From contig VRVR01000006.1 in the NCBI GenBank assembly GCA_009859145.1, positions 62,001 through 126,000 of the forward strand: 64,000 bases of DNA, given 5' to 3'. A program made the translations under genes and the position numbers. A model generated the notes under the pieces. The model searched no databases and was not told the origin of the DNA. It saw only the letters and a program-made list of their open reading frames with translations. Origin of the DNA: Andalucia godoyi And28 (lineage: Eukaryota > Protista > Jakobida). Positions 11,077 to 22,651 of the stretch are shown here, one piece after another (within the stretch, counting starts at the first letter, position 1; the number at the start of each line of letters is the position of its first letter).

Positions 11077-11132
11077 GCAACGCAGCCATACGTTTTCATT
11101 CATTTCGCTCTTCTCTCCCACGAACCCAATCT

Positions 11133-12050
11133 CTATTCAGAGGACCAATGTTCATATCGTATTCGCGAAGGATTAATATTGAGTGCGCGCAGTTGAGCAG
11201 AAAGATCCTCGATCATACCCGGTGGACCCGCGAGGAAGTACATGCTCGTCCACATTGTCGAGTTCTTCACAATTTCCTGGATACTCTGCACAGTCCACCT
11301 TCCTCGAAAGTACGGCCACTTCCACTTGACGAAACTGCTGAATTCCGTGGTTCGTAAAAACGTCGTGGACACATCCGCAAGGCCCTGCAGCGTCTTCTGA
11401 TCACGCGTCTCGCCTGTGGCGGAAAAATGCAGCTTCATCAGTCCACGGGACTTTTCCGCGAGCTTGACAAGATCGTCGTGGAAAGCCAGCTCGATAGGAT
11501 CCCGTACGGAGTAAAACAAATGCGCTTCCTGAACACATCGCGCGGCCACCATGTATCGGCACATAGCCAGGACAGACGCAATGCCGATTCCACCAGCAAC
11601 CAGAATCACCGTTTTCGACATGTCAGACGTAAAATAAACGGTGCCTTCGGACTCGGCGCCGATCTCAAGAACATCGCCAATTTGTAATATATCATGGATG
11701 TACACGGTTGCTGGATGCCCGGTCCGCTTCACAGCAATCGAGATTTTGCCGTCCTGCTGCGCCTGAGTCGGGTTCCCCGTAAGCGTAAATGAGACGCGAA
11801 GCTTTTCCGAGCTCGGATCCGTGGCATCTCGTCTGTGGAACCGATCGCTCAAAGGAACCAAAGTAGTGGAAGTCGACGAGTCCGATCCCGCAGAAGACGG
11901 CAAGCGGGGAGCTGGCGTCCAGACAGTGACCCACTGGCCAGCAAAGAACGGATACGGAAACCCCGCTTCCAACAGCACGCTTTTCACAGACGGTGATTCC
12001 GAGTTGATGTCCAGCACTCTTGCAAGCACTCGGCGAGGCGACAGATCCAT
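11133..12050 (-). CDS. OXNAD1: Ferredoxin-NADP reductase-like FAD/NAD-binding oxidoreductase (OXNAD1-like)
   Basis: F.AGQWV, IAVK..HP, LVAGGIGI, LFYSVR, FLAGPP.M and a C-terminal YEHW. Confidence 0.8.
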   Translation of the reverse strand: MDLSPRRVLARVLDINSESPSVKSVLLEAGFPYPFFAGQWVTVWTPAPRLPSSAGSDSSTSTTLVPLSDRFHRRDATDPSSEKLRVSFTLTGNPTQAQQDGKISIAVKRTGHPATVYIHDILQIGDVLEIGAESEGTVYFTSDMSKTVILVAGGIGIASVLAMCRYMVAARCVQEAHLFYSVRDPIELAFHDDLVKLAEKSRGLMKLHFSATGETRDQKTLQGLADVSTTFLRTTEFSSFVKWKWPYFRGRWTVQSIQEIVKNSTMWTSMYFLAGPPGMIEDLSAQLRALNINPSRIRYEHWSSE

Positions 12051-12561
12051 CGTTCTTGTCTCGGCTGCGAGGAAAGCCGCCTACATGCAACTGCAGAGAA
12101 GCACACGTTTCCAAAATCACACACCACGACGGGGAGGAAGGGTTTCACACAGCACCCGCCCACCACGTTGCCCATCGCTGTCCACTTTCCGGTTCCCTGA
12201 TACGAGGTGCTCCACCAGTCACTTGGTGTCAGGCGAAAGCGTATCAAAAAAACATCTGCCGGTTACAAAACAAAAATGTAAATATGGCCGCTTTCCAGTC
12301 CCCCAACCGTCGTAAACAGAATGCAGCTTATTTTTGCCGGACTTCTTCCGTCTCTGAAAGCTCAAGCTGGCAAGGGGTCGTCACTATGAGTCTATGGAAG
12401 TTGCTTCGTACGCAGATACAGAAGGGAAGCCGAGGTAATAATAGTAGGAGCGTGCAGTAAGTGATTGGGCTTCGTCCCCTGTTTGATTTTGATATTATTA
12501 TTATTATTATTATTTTTTGCGTAGGGGGGAGGGGCTTTTTGTCGCGTTAGTGGCGCAAGAA

Positions 12562-13989
12562 ATGTCTTCTTCTGTGACGGATGGGGTCGGTGGTGGAGCA
12601 GAAGAGGTGAAGTGGGAGATTACGAATCTTTTGCGAAAACGCATCGATCCAAAATCGCATGAGGCACAGTACTTGGTCTGTTGGAAACCATCCGTAATGA
12701 CCGTTACGGATCTCAAGACCCTTGCTGCTGGACAAGGGTATCGCATTGTTAAACGTCGCGGGAAAGACGTTTTCGTAGAATGGGAAGACACGTGGGAGGC
12801 CGAGCAGATTCTCCAACAGGATGTGCCTCACTTGCTTGCGGAATTCGAACAGAAGGAATCTGCGAAGCCAGTCCTTACTCAGGCTGCCAAGCAACATCCA
12901 CAGTCCCCTCCTACGGTTTCGCAATCCGTGAAGAAGGATAATGGAGATGCAATCACGACGCCTTCCAAAAAGCTGAATTCCTCGCAAGATGCGCGTAATG
13001 AGTCGATGAAGTCTCGGAGCAGTGTAATTGTGCTGGACAGCAGCGACGAGGAAAAGGGAGCATCGCCAGGTTCGCGGAAATACTTGGAAAAACAAGCCTC
13101 TCCGTCTCCAGGAGCCACGGGGGCGGAAGAAGCAAACTCGCACGGGAACACAAATGCACTGTGGAAGAACAACTCGCCGTCCAAAGGGGGCTCCCCTGCA
13201 AACCCAAAGAAGAGGGACGATATCATTCAGCTGTTCGTCGTCGACTCGAACTCTTCGTCGAAGCAAAGCCATAGCGCAGTCTCCTCAGCTGAAAACACCC
13301 CGTCGATGCCAAGGCCGTCGCCTTCGTTGTCGTTGTCGATGGCATCATCAGGATCATCATCGTCTGTTGAGAAACGTAATGAAACCCAGGCGACTTCGTC
13401 AGATAATGCGAACAAGTTTACGTGGAAAGCAAGTCCGCGGGTCCAGCTGGCGCCCACCGCATCCATGTCCACGCCGATGCCCACACCGATGCCTGCTCCT
13501 GCTCGTGCTCGTGCTCCTACTCCGATGCCGGTTCCTCTTCCTGGACCGGCCACCGTACCAGCCGCCAAGGCGTCTGCAGTGCTTTTTGCAGATGCTGCTG
13601 GGAGCGCAGGGCCTTTTTCTACTACAATCGGGGCGTCTAGCTTTTTTTCCAATCCAGGGGCTGTCTATCCGTCCGTGTCCCAAACTATTGGATCCACTGC
13701 CGCAAAAGCTGCATCAGTAGCAAAGCCTCACTCGAGGTTGGCAGGTGGAAAGAGGCACGCAGCAGAAGATGGCGAAACGTCGAGCGATGCTCTCAAAACT
13801 GCTCGTCGTTCAAACGTTCAATATGGAGAAGTTTTGGATGCATTAAGAGAAGGTGACGATCTGTTTTACCGTGTAGAGATTCTGGATCCATCTCGGAAAT
13901 ACGCTCGATGGGAGCCTTCCGCTTTCTTGCACAAAAATGCACCCGAGAAACTCGCTGCCTTTTGGGAATCTCGAATCCGGTTCACGTGA
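12562..13989 (+). CDS. HP1-like protein: N-terminal chromodomain with insertion, long S/P/A-rich hinge, C-terminal chromoshadow-like domain
   Basis: WEITNLLRKR...YLVCWK...TWE.E..L...PHLLAEFE at the N-terminus; EVLDA...LFYRV...WEPS...APEKLAAFWESRI at the C-terminus. Confidence 0.75.
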   Translation: MSSSVTDGVGGGAEEVKWEITNLLRKRIDPKSHEAQYLVCWKPSVMTVTDLKTLAAGQGYRIVKRRGKDVFVEWEDTWEAEQILQQDVPHLLAEFEQKESAKPVLTQAAKQHPQSPPTVSQSVKKDNGDAITTPSKKLNSSQDARNESMKSRSSVIVLDSSDEEKGASPGSRKYLEKQASPSPGATGAEEANSHGNTNALWKNNSPSKGGSPANPKKRDDIIQLFVVDSNSSSKQSHSAVSSAENTPSMPRPSPSLSLSMASSGSSSSVEKRNETQATSSDNANKFTWKASPRVQLAPTASMSTPMPTPMPAPARARAPTPMPVPLPGPATVPAAKASAVLFADAAGSAGPFSTTIGASSFFSNPGAVYPSVSQTIGSTAAKAASVAKPHSRLAGGKRHAAEDGETSSDALKTARRSNVQYGEVLDALREGDDLFYRVEILDPSRKYARWEPSAFLHKNAPEKLAAFWESRIRFT

Positions 13990-14084
13990 CGGGGGGAAGA
14001 AAATGGAAAAGAGAAAAAGAAAAACGTCATCACTTGCGGAAATTCGTACCAAGTGTCTCCCTTTCCTCTCCTCCTCTTTGCACA

Positions 14085-17000
14085 TCACATTGTTGCCGGA
14101 GCTCCGTATCCACCGCCTCCCGGAGTGCATATCCTGATGCGGTCGCCGCGCAATACTCGAAGCTGGGCTTTGCCTTGGAGCTTAACAAACTCGCCGCTCG
14201 CCGCAATCTTCCAGTTCTCGCCAATGGCACCTGGGAGTCCTCCCTCAAGTCCATAAGGAGCATACACTCTCCTCTCCGATAGGATGGAAACATCAACGCC
14301 GTTTGGATCAATAAATTCCAATTCACGAACTGCACCGTTTCCTCCATTCCTTCTCCCAGCGCCTCCAGACTCCTTGCGAATGGAAAATTGCCGTAAAATC
14401 ACAGGGTACCGCTTCTCCAATACCTCAGGGTCCGTGATCCGGGTGTTTGTCATGTGGGTATGCACAGCCGACTGCCCGTCGTGCGTCCTTGTCGCGCCTT
14501 GCCCGCCGCAAATTGTCTCGTAATATCCATACTTTGGTGTTCCAAACGTAAAATTGTTCATACATCCCTGAGAAGCTGCACAAGCGTGAAATGCCTTCAA
14601 AAGGACATCCACAACTCGCTGAGAGGTCAACACGTTTCCTCCTACCACAGCCCTTCCTTCGTCGGGATTCAAGATCGAGGCATCAGGAACAATGATATGC
14701 ATCGGGTTCAGGCAACCTTGGTTCAGCGGAATGTCAGCGCGCACAAGACTCCGCAGAACATAGATGGACGCAGAATAGCAGATCGAAATCGGAGCATTCC
14801 AGTTGCCGTCAACCTGCGGCCCCGTCCCTGTGAAGTCCAGAGTCGCAGATTTACTACCACTGTCGATCTGAAGCCGGCATCGGATGGGAGTCCCATCATC
14901 CATAAAGTCCTCCGCAGACACTTCATACACAGAAGGACCGACTTGCTGCATCACGTGCTTTTGTGTTTCCACAACGTCCATCAGCATCGCGCGAACAGCT
15001 CGCTCCGCAGCACGCTGTACATAATCACAGTAGGCTTGGACCGTAGGAAGTCCATACTCCAAAACAAGAGCAAGAAGAAGTTCAACACCTCTCTGGTTGG
15101 CTGCGCACTGCGCTTGCAGATCCGAAATGTTGTCGGCAACATTTCGACTCTGAGAAAACATCGCCTTGATCCCTTCCACGTCAAACTGCCCTTCCTTCAC
15201 TACCTTGAAGCATTTCACAGCAACGCCCTCTTCGGAAAGGTGTTTCGAAAACGGAGGCATGGAGCCGGGAGTAATTCCTCCGATGTCTGCATGGTGTCCT
15301 CGAGACGCCACATAAAACAGCGGTTGAGAACGACGTCCATCCGATGTCGAAGGAAACACGGCCGAAATCACCGTCATATCAGGTAAATGCGTGCCACCTG
15401 CAGCCGGATGGTTCGTCAGCACCATGTCTCCCTCATTCCAGTCCGAACCCACATTTTTGATTGCCGCTTGCACTGCGTATGCCATGCTGCCAAGGTGAAC
15501 AGGAATGAACGGTGCATTGGCACACAGCGATCCATCTGGGCCAAACACAGCGCACGAGAAATCCAAGCGTTCTTTGATGTTCGTTGAAATCGCCGTCCGC
15601 CGAAGAGCCCGTCCCATCTGTTCGGCGATGCTCATGAATCGGTGACCAAACACGGTGACCATCAAGGGGTCTTCTGGCACGGATTTTCTCGCTTCGTCGA
15701 GGTTTTCTGAAACGACCAGCTCTCTCAGTCTCACATCCAATGCTGGGTATGTCGCAGCAATTTCAATGTCTCCAAATGTGTTCACGCGTCCCTCAAACCC
15801 AGGCTCAATAACAATGGTAGAAGTATTCTGGATGATGACGGCCGGAGCCAGCACAATGTGACCGGCACAAAGCTCATCGGCACGGTACACGTTGGCAGTC
15901 TGATAATCACTATCCGCGAACATTTTGCAACCTCCAATTGGTATGGGATTCGGTGATTCAGGATGTGCACAGCGGATGGCCTTTGGCTCAACACCATCCG
16001 CATGAACACTGGCCCTGACACGAATATCATCGATCAACACAACGCGTTCCTTGAATACAAAGCCATACTGCCGCTGATACGCCGATTTGAAATCTGTAAC
16101 AACGCGCGCCAGGTCAACCGGAAACGCCAGATTCTGCACATCATGGATGGAAAATTGTGTCATCGGCACCATGATATGAAAATCGGTCCCCTCAAACTTC
16201 ACATTTGCGAATGCCTCGCAGTTGAACAACGCAAAATGGGCATTGTTGGTCAACAACTCGGCAACACACTTTTCAGCCAGCGCTTTCACTCGTTCATACA
16301 CAAACGACTGTTCCTTCTGGAGCTCCCTCACGGTTGCATGAGGAGAAAAGCGATACGAACAAGGTTCCTGCTCCTCGCGGACAATGGAAGCCATGCTCAG
16401 CCCGTACGCAGAAAGAATGCCCGAGAATCGATGAATAAAGATTGCACGGATACCTAGTTTTCGTGCGATTCCGCATGCATGTTGACCGCCAGCGCCGCCG
16501 AACATTGTCAAACATGATTCACTGAGCACATATCCTTTAGCAGTAGTAAGATTGGAGATCGGACGACACATGGTCTCGTTCGCAACATCCACGAAAGCGA
16601 GTGCTATTTCCGGAATCGACTTGTTTGACAACCACTCTGGATGCGCAGCCTTCAGACTCTCAAAACCACGCCACGAAGCGCCTGTGTCGAGAGATAGCGT
16701 TCCACACTCTCCGAAAATATGGGGGAAATGATCTGGAAGGATCCGACCAAGCACAAGATTGGCGTCGGTCAAACTGAGATATCCATTCTTGCGATAGCAC
16801 AGCGGGCCTGGGTGGGCACCGGACGATTCCGGACCCACAACAAACATTCCGTTTCTGAAAAACAGACGCGACCCTCCGCCAGACGCAACCGTCTGAATGT
16901 CCAGCGTTGGTGTCTGCATTTGCACGCCCGCCACTTCCACTTCATAAACGTGCTCAAACGATCCTTCTCCCGCATATCTACTGCAGTCGGTTGATGTTCC

Positions 17001-18044
17001 TCCGATGTCAAGACCAATGCTTGGCACGGGTCGCAGTAGCAACTCGTCGTCATCATCCCCGGTGACCGACCCAAAGATGGCTTTCTTTGCAAACAGCGAC
17101 AACTTGGTCGTCAGCGCGTACCCGACAAAACCACCTGCAGGCCCGGAAAATATGGCGCGAGAGCCTTTGAATGACGACGCGGGCGCAAGACCACCATCAG
17201 ACTGCATGAAACTGACGTTGGCACCTCGTAGAAATTCATACTGCGCGTTGGTGTCCTCTTTCTGGTCCGCAGGCAGGAATCCGCGAGCGAAATTGCGAAT
17301 GTACCGAACAATGAGCGGTGTCAGGTATGCGTCCACGCATGTTGTGAACCCTCGCGGTACAATTCGAATCATGGGCATCAATTCATGCGACATTGTGACC
17401 TCCCGGAATCCAAGCTCCTCGCGGAGAAACCGTCCCAACAACAGCTCATGCTTCGAAAATGTGTAAGAATGCATCAGGACAACGGCGGCAGACTCGATGC
17501 ACCTGTTCTCCTTAATGTGTAGTATGGATTTCTTCAGGGACATCAGCTTCTCCCATGTCAGCGACTCGGAAACCAGAATATCATCTCCGGTGACTCCGGT
17601 CTCGGTGTAGGAAACATCCAGATGCGAGTAGTCCGCATCCAGCCGCCGAACAAGAACCCTCTCGGGAACTTCGTACACTGCGTCGTACACCAAATCTGGC
17701 TTCACGATATTCAAATCGAAGATGTCTGGTCGAGCCTGATTGCCGATTCGCAGCAAATCTTGAAAGCCTTTGGTAATGAACAACATGGTCTTAACACCCT
17801 TTCTCTCCAACAGAGCATTGGTAACGATGGTCGACCCCATTCGAATAAACTCGATTTTCGAGATGTCGATGTCTTCTGGCCGCTCCAGTCCTAAAACGCG
17901 ACGTATCGCTTCTGCTGGGGCATCCGAGTAATGCTGCGGATCTTCTGAAAGAAGCTTCACCACCTGGCAACTTCCTTCGTGTTCAACGTAGCAATCGAGA
18001 AACGTGCCTCCGCGATCCAAGGAAAACCGATACTTTCCTGTCAT
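14085..18044 (-). CDS. OPLAH: 5-oxoprolinase (ATP-hydrolysing), fused hydantoinase A/B
   Basis: [51 protein letters not shown] and [13 protein letters not shown] motifs. Start MTGKYRF at 18044. Confidence 0.98.
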   Translation of the reverse strand: MTGKYRFSLDRGGTFLDCYVEHEGSCQVVKLLSEDPQHYSDAPAEAIRRVLGLERPEDIDISKIEFIRMGSTIVTNALLERKGVKTMLFITKGFQDLLRIGNQARPDIFDLNIVKPDLVYDAVYEVPERVLVRRLDADYSHLDVSYTETGVTGDDILVSESLTWEKLMSLKKSILHIKENRCIESAAVVLMHSYTFSKHELLLGRFLREELGFREVTMSHELMPMIRIVPRGFTTCVDAYLTPLIVRYIRNFARGFLPADQKEDTNAQYEFLRGANVSFMQSDGGLAPASSFKGSRAIFSGPAGGFVGYALTTKLSLFAKKAIFGSVTGDDDDELLLRPVPSIGLDIGGTSTDCSRYAGEGSFEHVYEVEVAGVQMQTPTLDIQTVASGGGSRLFFRNGMFVVGPESSGAHPGPLCYRKNGYLSLTDANLVLGRILPDHFPHIFGECGTLSLDTGASWRGFESLKAAHPEWLSNKSIPEIALAFVDVANETMCRPISNLTTAKGYVLSESCLTMFGGAGGQHACGIARKLGIRAIFIHRFSGILSAYGLSMASIVREEQEPCSYRFSPHATVRELQKEQSFVYERVKALAEKCVAELLTNNAHFALFNCEAFANVKFEGTDFHIMVPMTQFSIHDVQNLAFPVDLARVVTDFKSAYQRQYGFVFKERVVLIDDIRVRASVHADGVEPKAIRCAHPESPNPIPIGGCKMFADSDYQTANVYRADELCAGHIVLAPAVIIQNTSTIVIEPGFEGRVNTFGDIEIAATYPALDVRLRELVVSENLDEARKSVPEDPLMVTVFGHRFMSIAEQMGRALRRTAISTNIKERLDFSCAVFGPDGSLCANAPFIPVHLGSMAYAVQAAIKNVGSDWNEGDMVLTNHPAAGGTHLPDMTVISAVFPSTSDGRRSQPLFYVASRGHHADIGGITPGSMPPFSKHLSEEGVAVKCFKVVKEGQFDVEGIKAMFSQSRNVADNISDLQAQCAANQRGVELLLALVLEYGLPTVQAYCDYVQRAAERAVRAMLMDVVETQKHVMQQVGPSVYEVSAEDFMDDGTPIRCRLQIDSGSKSATLDFTGTGPQVDGNWNAPISICYSASIYVLRSLVRADIPLNQGCLNPMHIIVPDASILNPDEGRAVVGGNVLTSQRVVDVLLKAFHACAASQGCMNNFTFGTPKYGYYETICGGQGATRTHDGQSAVHTHMTNTRITDPEVLEKRYPVILRQFSIRKESGGAGRRNGGNGAVRELEFIDPNGVDVSILSERRVYAPYGLEGGLPGAIGENWKIAASGEFVKLQGKAQLRVLRGDRIRICTPGGGGYGAPATM

Positions 18045-18189
18045 TATGAATCTTGCAGAGATTGCATAAAGGACGAGGGTAGACTGCGCGAAAACTGCAA
18101 ACACCGCAAACAATGATGAATGGCACAGTGAAAATCTGGAGAAGGAGAAGGAAAAGCAAAGAAGAGAAAGAAGAAACATGCATAATTAG

Positions 18190-18631
18190 AAGGATGTCTC
18201 GTTTGGACGATCGACGTACAGTACTACTTCATACGGGGTCAATCGGAGAGTATGGCCGAGTTGACAGCCGTCGATCTGCAGATTGCTGCAGCCAGTCCCT
18301 GTTGCTGTCGTTGTCGTTGTTGTCGTTGTGGCAGCGGCGTAGGCGTGCAGGTCAGGGCCCAATGAGAGACACTGTCGAGTATTGAAAGCCGCATTCTTGT
18401 CTCGGGACTTCCAGTGCCGAGACGTGCAATCGGCGGATTCACAGCATCTCAAACCGCCCCTCCCGGGTGTACGATGGTGAGCTCTTGTCTGCAGTCATAA
18501 CAGCACTTTGTTGTGCGGAATTCGTCTACGGGAACCGTCGAACAGTGTCCCTCGCATGCTTTGAACGCCTTCGATGTCGCGACTGCCAATGTTTCTTGTC
18601 CAGTTGGGCTGAACTTGGCTGCGCCTCGCAC
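18190..18631 (-). mobile_element. Fanzor1-like (eukaryotic TnpB) 3-prime remnant, frameshifted pseudogene plus structured 3-prime tail
   Basis: Two abutting frames give GAAKFSPTG...VPVDEFRTTKCCYDC...(frameshift)LRCCESADC...SRDKNAAFN, i.e. RuvC-II Glu, zinc ribbon and RuvC-III Asp. The 5-prime end is truncated at a (TA)n tract. Confidence 0.8.
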
Positions 18632-19192
18632 ATATATATATATATATATATATTTGGCGTAAAGTGACTTTATTAATCAGCACCAGCACCCATCCAATGA
18701 AGCTCCCCTTTTGAGTGGGATATTCGTGGGTCTGCGCACCCCAAAACAGAAACAACCTGTGTTTCGTCAGGGCTTTCTACTAAATGAATTAGTGCATTCG
18801 TTAGAACCATTTTGGGCTTTGGGAATCATGGGAAACTGCGGATTTCAGCGAGCTTCTTTTATTGCCATTTCGCATTTTATGCACTTATTCATTCTCTGTT
18901 TTCAATCGAGCGGATGTTGTATTCATTCTGTTGATTGGCAATGGAGTGCGCCACACACGCCAAGAGAGAGAGAGAGAGAGAGAGAGGGCACGGCAGAGGA
19001 ATCGGTTGTCAAGTGTTGTCTGTCTTTAATGAAAGGTGCTGCTTGAAGGCTCGATAGCGAAAAAACGTACAGGAAATAATGGAAAGAAAAAAGAAGTGAA
19101 GCATGAAGAAATTCTGGATAAGAAATCTCTGTGCCGGTAAAAACACTTTCGGTGTGGCATTGTTTGATGCTTAACGTTTATACACAGAGCGG

Positions 19193-19954
19193 TCAACCGT
19201 ACGACTTCCGGCTCCTGTTCAATGACGAAGGCGAAGTGGTCTGCACTGCCCGTTTCATTTGCAATTGTCGGACTCCCCGGTGAAGGTTTTCAGAAGACGA
19301 GCGAATGACGCCGAACCTCTCCGCGAGCAACTGCTCGAGCTTGTGGAGCCGATCGTCAATTTCTTCTCGTTCAACCTTGTTGCGAATCCCAACGACAATG
19401 CTTTCAATCTGTGTGTTAATATTTGCTGCAGCGGAAGTCCGCGATGCACGTTCTCGGTCCTCCATGACGGAAATCATATGATCCACTTCGGTCTTGTCAA
19501 TCTTGGACTTGACGATCGATGCGATTTGGTCAAATTGTGACGCTAACGCAGACGACATGCTGGTTCGCAAATTCCGGTCTCTCTCGTCCAGCGTGCTTCT
19601 GAAAACCTCAGCAGTCAGCTTCGTATCAATCGATGCTTGAATCTTGTCAATCCTATCTTGCACTGCTTTCCGCAACGACACAAGATCCGACGAAATGGCG
19701 TCCCATCGCCTAGGCACCGATTCGGTCACCTGTGTCTCCAGATTCCGGATAATCTGACGCTGTCCCATAATCTCCTCTCTCATCGACGTTGACTCTTCCG
19801 CTTGTCTTTGAATCATCTTTTCCAGCTGTCGGATCTGGTCTTGTTGCACAACAAGCGTGTCGTGGAACAAATGGAATGTGGATCGCAGGACCAACTGAAT
19901 GTTCAGCCAGTTGTTTTGTCCCAATATGCAATCCTGAAGCTCCGCTGGGTCCAT
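19193..19954 (-). CDS. Coiled-coil hypothetical protein
   Basis: ORF from MDPAELQ with heptad-rich composition. The upstream extension in the ORF track runs through U/A-rich UTR-like sequence. Confidence 0.7.
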   Translation of the reverse strand: MDPAELQDCILGQNNWLNIQLVLRSTFHLFHDTLVVQQDQIRQLEKMIQRQAEESTSMREEIMGQRQIIRNLETQVTESVPRRWDAISSDLVSLRKAVQDRIDKIQASIDTKLTAEVFRSTLDERDRNLRTSMSSALASQFDQIASIVKSKIDKTEVDHMISVMEDRERASRTSAAANINTQIESIVVGIRNKVEREEIDDRLHKLEQLLAERFGVIRSSSENLHRGVRQLQMKRAVQTTSPSSLNRSRKSYG

Positions 19955-20431
19955 GTTCGTCGCACCACTCAATCTCGATGTCCTTTTATAAAATGAAAGG
20001 ATATTTTTAAGGGGGAAAAAAAAAGGAAAATGTTCCGAGAAAAAATCTTGCTCTCCACGCACAGTCGACGGGCGCCTAATTAGAATGCACGATGGCCCCC
20101 TTTCGTAATTTTTGCCTTGTTTCTTTCTTTTTTCTCCTTTTGCTGCTTTCGAAACGTGTAGCAAGGAAGAAGAAGAAGAAGAAGAAATAAAATAAAATTA
20201 GATGTCCGAGCCAGACGAACGAAGGAACAGAGGGAGGGTTATGTATATGGGTGTTTCCCGGCGGCAAAGGAAGTTGTGTACAGTCGGCTTCGAGCGATGG
20301 AAGACGATCATCTGTTTTTCTTTTTTCCATTCTTCTCGTGGCGGCGCATCTTGGCAGGCTCTGAGCACGGAAGAGACGACGGAGAGACGGAAACAAACAG
20401 GAGAGGCGAGAGAACGTGGGGTTTGGAACGT

Positions 20432-22651
20432 TTACAATTGTGCATCACGAATGGCGTCATCGAGTGCTTGGAAGTCCGTGGGCTCCGAGACCGTAACGCG
20501 GATGCCATTTCCTTCATCCTTGATGACCGAGTTGATTGTGTTTTGGGCATTCTGATTGCGTGACCACGCGCGACGAGTCACGCCGTTGTACACATCAAAC
20601 GAAAGCATGCGTTTTGCACGCTCAGCGGCGTCACCCGAACCATCCAGAACAAGACCAAATCCGCAATTCATCGACATGGAAGTGCCCACTCCACCGCCGT
20701 CGTGATACGCGACCCACGTGGCTCCACGGATGGCATTTCCAATAACAGTGTGAAACGACATATCCGAGCAAAACTTGGACCCATCCGTAATGTTTGAGGT
20801 TTCGCGCCACGGAGAATCGGCACCGGAAACATCATGATGATCGCGCGAAAGGACGACAGTTCCAGTGATCCTTCCGGCTTGGATCGCTTCGTTGATGGCA
20901 ACCGCAATTGCAATTCGAGCGGGTGCATTCGCATACAGGATGCGCGCTTGTGAACCGATCACAAGCCTGTTTTCATCGGCATGCTCAATCCAGTACAAGG
21001 AATCTTGCAACTGAACTTGATACGAACGGTCGCTGGGATCGCATTCTCGCAGAAGCTTCTTCAGCACTTCTGTCGCAATGTCGTCAGTTGTCCTCAGATC
21101 TTTCGGATCGCAAGAGGTACAGATCCAGCGGAATGGCCCAAAGCCCAGTGAGAAGACATCGCCCATAATATCCTGGACGTAAGACGGATATCGGAATTCA
21201 ATGCTATCTTCAGCGGTGTTCTGTGGCGTGTGCAGTGCATTCTTCGCAACTTTTGCTCCTGCCTTCCATGCGTTGATGAGGAAAGCATTTCCGTAATCCC
21301 AGAACGCCATTCCCTTGTCAGATAAGAAGTTCACGGCGGCCGCATGGCGACGGAGTGATTCGTGGACCCGATCTTTGAAGAGCGTAGGATCCTCGACCAT
21401 GCATCTGTTTGCTTCATCCACGGTCATTCCAACCGGATAGTAGCCTCCGGTGTAAGGAATGTGAAGGGACGTTTGATCGGATCCGAGATCGGCCAACAAC
21501 TCGCCTGTTTTCTCGAATTCCTCAACTAGGCGCTCCCAAACATCCACAATATTGCCCAAAAACCCAATGGAAGCCGGCCGAGCTTCATCCTTCGCTTTTC
21601 GGATCCGCTCAACCAATGCATGCACATCAGCCTCAATGATCTCTTCCAGCCATCCCTGGTCCTTTCGTTTTTGAATTGCTGCTCGTGAAACTTCGGCAAC
21701 AACGCAGATGCAGCCTGCAATCACGGATGCTTTCGGTTGCGCACCCGACATTCCGCCAGTCCCAGAAGTGACGAAAACCTTGCCACGAAGCGTCTCTCTA
21801 GCCTTTTCTGGCTCAGCGCACTTCAGATACTTTCGAGCAGCACCAAGCATGCATGTAAAAGTACCTGCAACAATCCCAGCACTGCCGATGTACATGTAAC
21901 TTCCAGCAGTCATGTTGCCGTACTGCGAATTTCCTAATGCGTACTGTCGATCGTACATCTGCGTTGATGAATAATGCGGCACGAACAACCCATTTGACAC
22001 AATCAGACGCGGAGCATCTTCATGCGAAGGAAAAACTCCGAGGGGGTGTCCAGAGTACAAATGCAGCGTCTCGTCGTTTTCCAATTCAGACAAGTACCTC
22101 ATCATGAGTCGAAACTGTGCCCAGTTCGAAAATACCGATCCATTGTTCCCGTACGTGATCAGCTCATGTGGAAACTGCGCAACACGGTTATCCAGATTAT
22201 TCATAATCATCAGCATGATCGATGCTGCATACTTTGACTTGGCAGGATACAGATGAACAGGATATGCGCGCATCATAGAACCATCGTCTTCCTGCTCATC
22301 CATTCCCTTCGCTCGGATGTCCTTTCCGAAGAATTCCTCCTCACGAGGACGGAACCGATACATATAAATGTGCCCGTACTCGCGCAACTCGGCCAAAAAT
22401 TCAGGCGCAAGAGCAGAATGGAGGCGAGTAGGAAAATATCGAAGAGCGTTCTGCAGAGCCAATCGAGTGTCCTCTACAGAAAGATTAGGGCGTCGAGTAG
22501 TTGCATGCGGAATTCGAGCATTGCGACGCGCAGCTGCAGGCGGAAGACCATTCGTGGTTCCAAAATCAAGGCCCCGGGCCAGGAATGAAAGGTCCGCAGA
22601 ACCTGAGGTTTCCACTGCGGTAGTACCAGTTGTCAAAGTTGTGACTGACAT
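20432..22651 (-). CDS. UROC1: Urocanate hydratase (long eukaryotic type)
   Basis: GHIYMYRFRP, AQFPHELITYG, YGNMTAGSYMYIG, VTSGTGGMSGAQPKA, DQTSLH, GFGPFRW and RDHHDVSGADSPWRETSN. Confidence 0.97.
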   Translation of the reverse strand: MSVTTLTTGTTAVETSGSADLSFLARGLDFGTTNGLPPAAARRNARIPHATTRRPNLSVEDTRLALQNALRYFPTRLHSALAPEFLAELREYGHIYMYRFRPREEEFFGKDIRAKGMDEQEDDGSMMRAYPVHLYPAKSKYAASIMLMIMNNLDNRVAQFPHELITYGNNGSVFSNWAQFRLMMRYLSELENDETLHLYSGHPLGVFPSHEDAPRLIVSNGLFVPHYSSTQMYDRQYALGNSQYGNMTAGSYMYIGSAGIVAGTFTCMLGAARKYLKCAEPEKARETLRGKVFVTSGTGGMSGAQPKASVIAGCICVVAEVSRAAIQKRKDQGWLEEIIEADVHALVERIRKAKDEARPASIGFLGNIVDVWERLVEEFEKTGELLADLGSDQTSLHIPYTGGYYPVGMTVDEANRCMVEDPTLFKDRVHESLRRHAAAVNFLSDKGMAFWDYGNAFLINAWKAGAKVAKNALHTPQNTAEDSIEFRYPSYVQDIMGDVFSLGFGPFRWICTSCDPKDLRTTDDIATEVLKKLLRECDPSDRSYQVQLQDSLYWIEHADENRLVIGSQARILYANAPARIAIAVAINEAIQAGRITGTVVLSRDHHDVSGADSPWRETSNITDGSKFCSDMSFHTVIGNAIRGATWVAYHDGGGVGTSMSMNCGFGLVLDGSGDAAERAKRMLSFDVYNGVTRRAWSRNQNAQNTINSVIKDEGNGIRVTVSEPTDFQALDDAIRDAQL

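Noticed and set aside
18654-18963. 7-bp inverted repeat TTGGCGT/ACGCCAA flanked by microsatellites as a MITE
   Set aside because: Too short, no target duplication and no second copy in the window.
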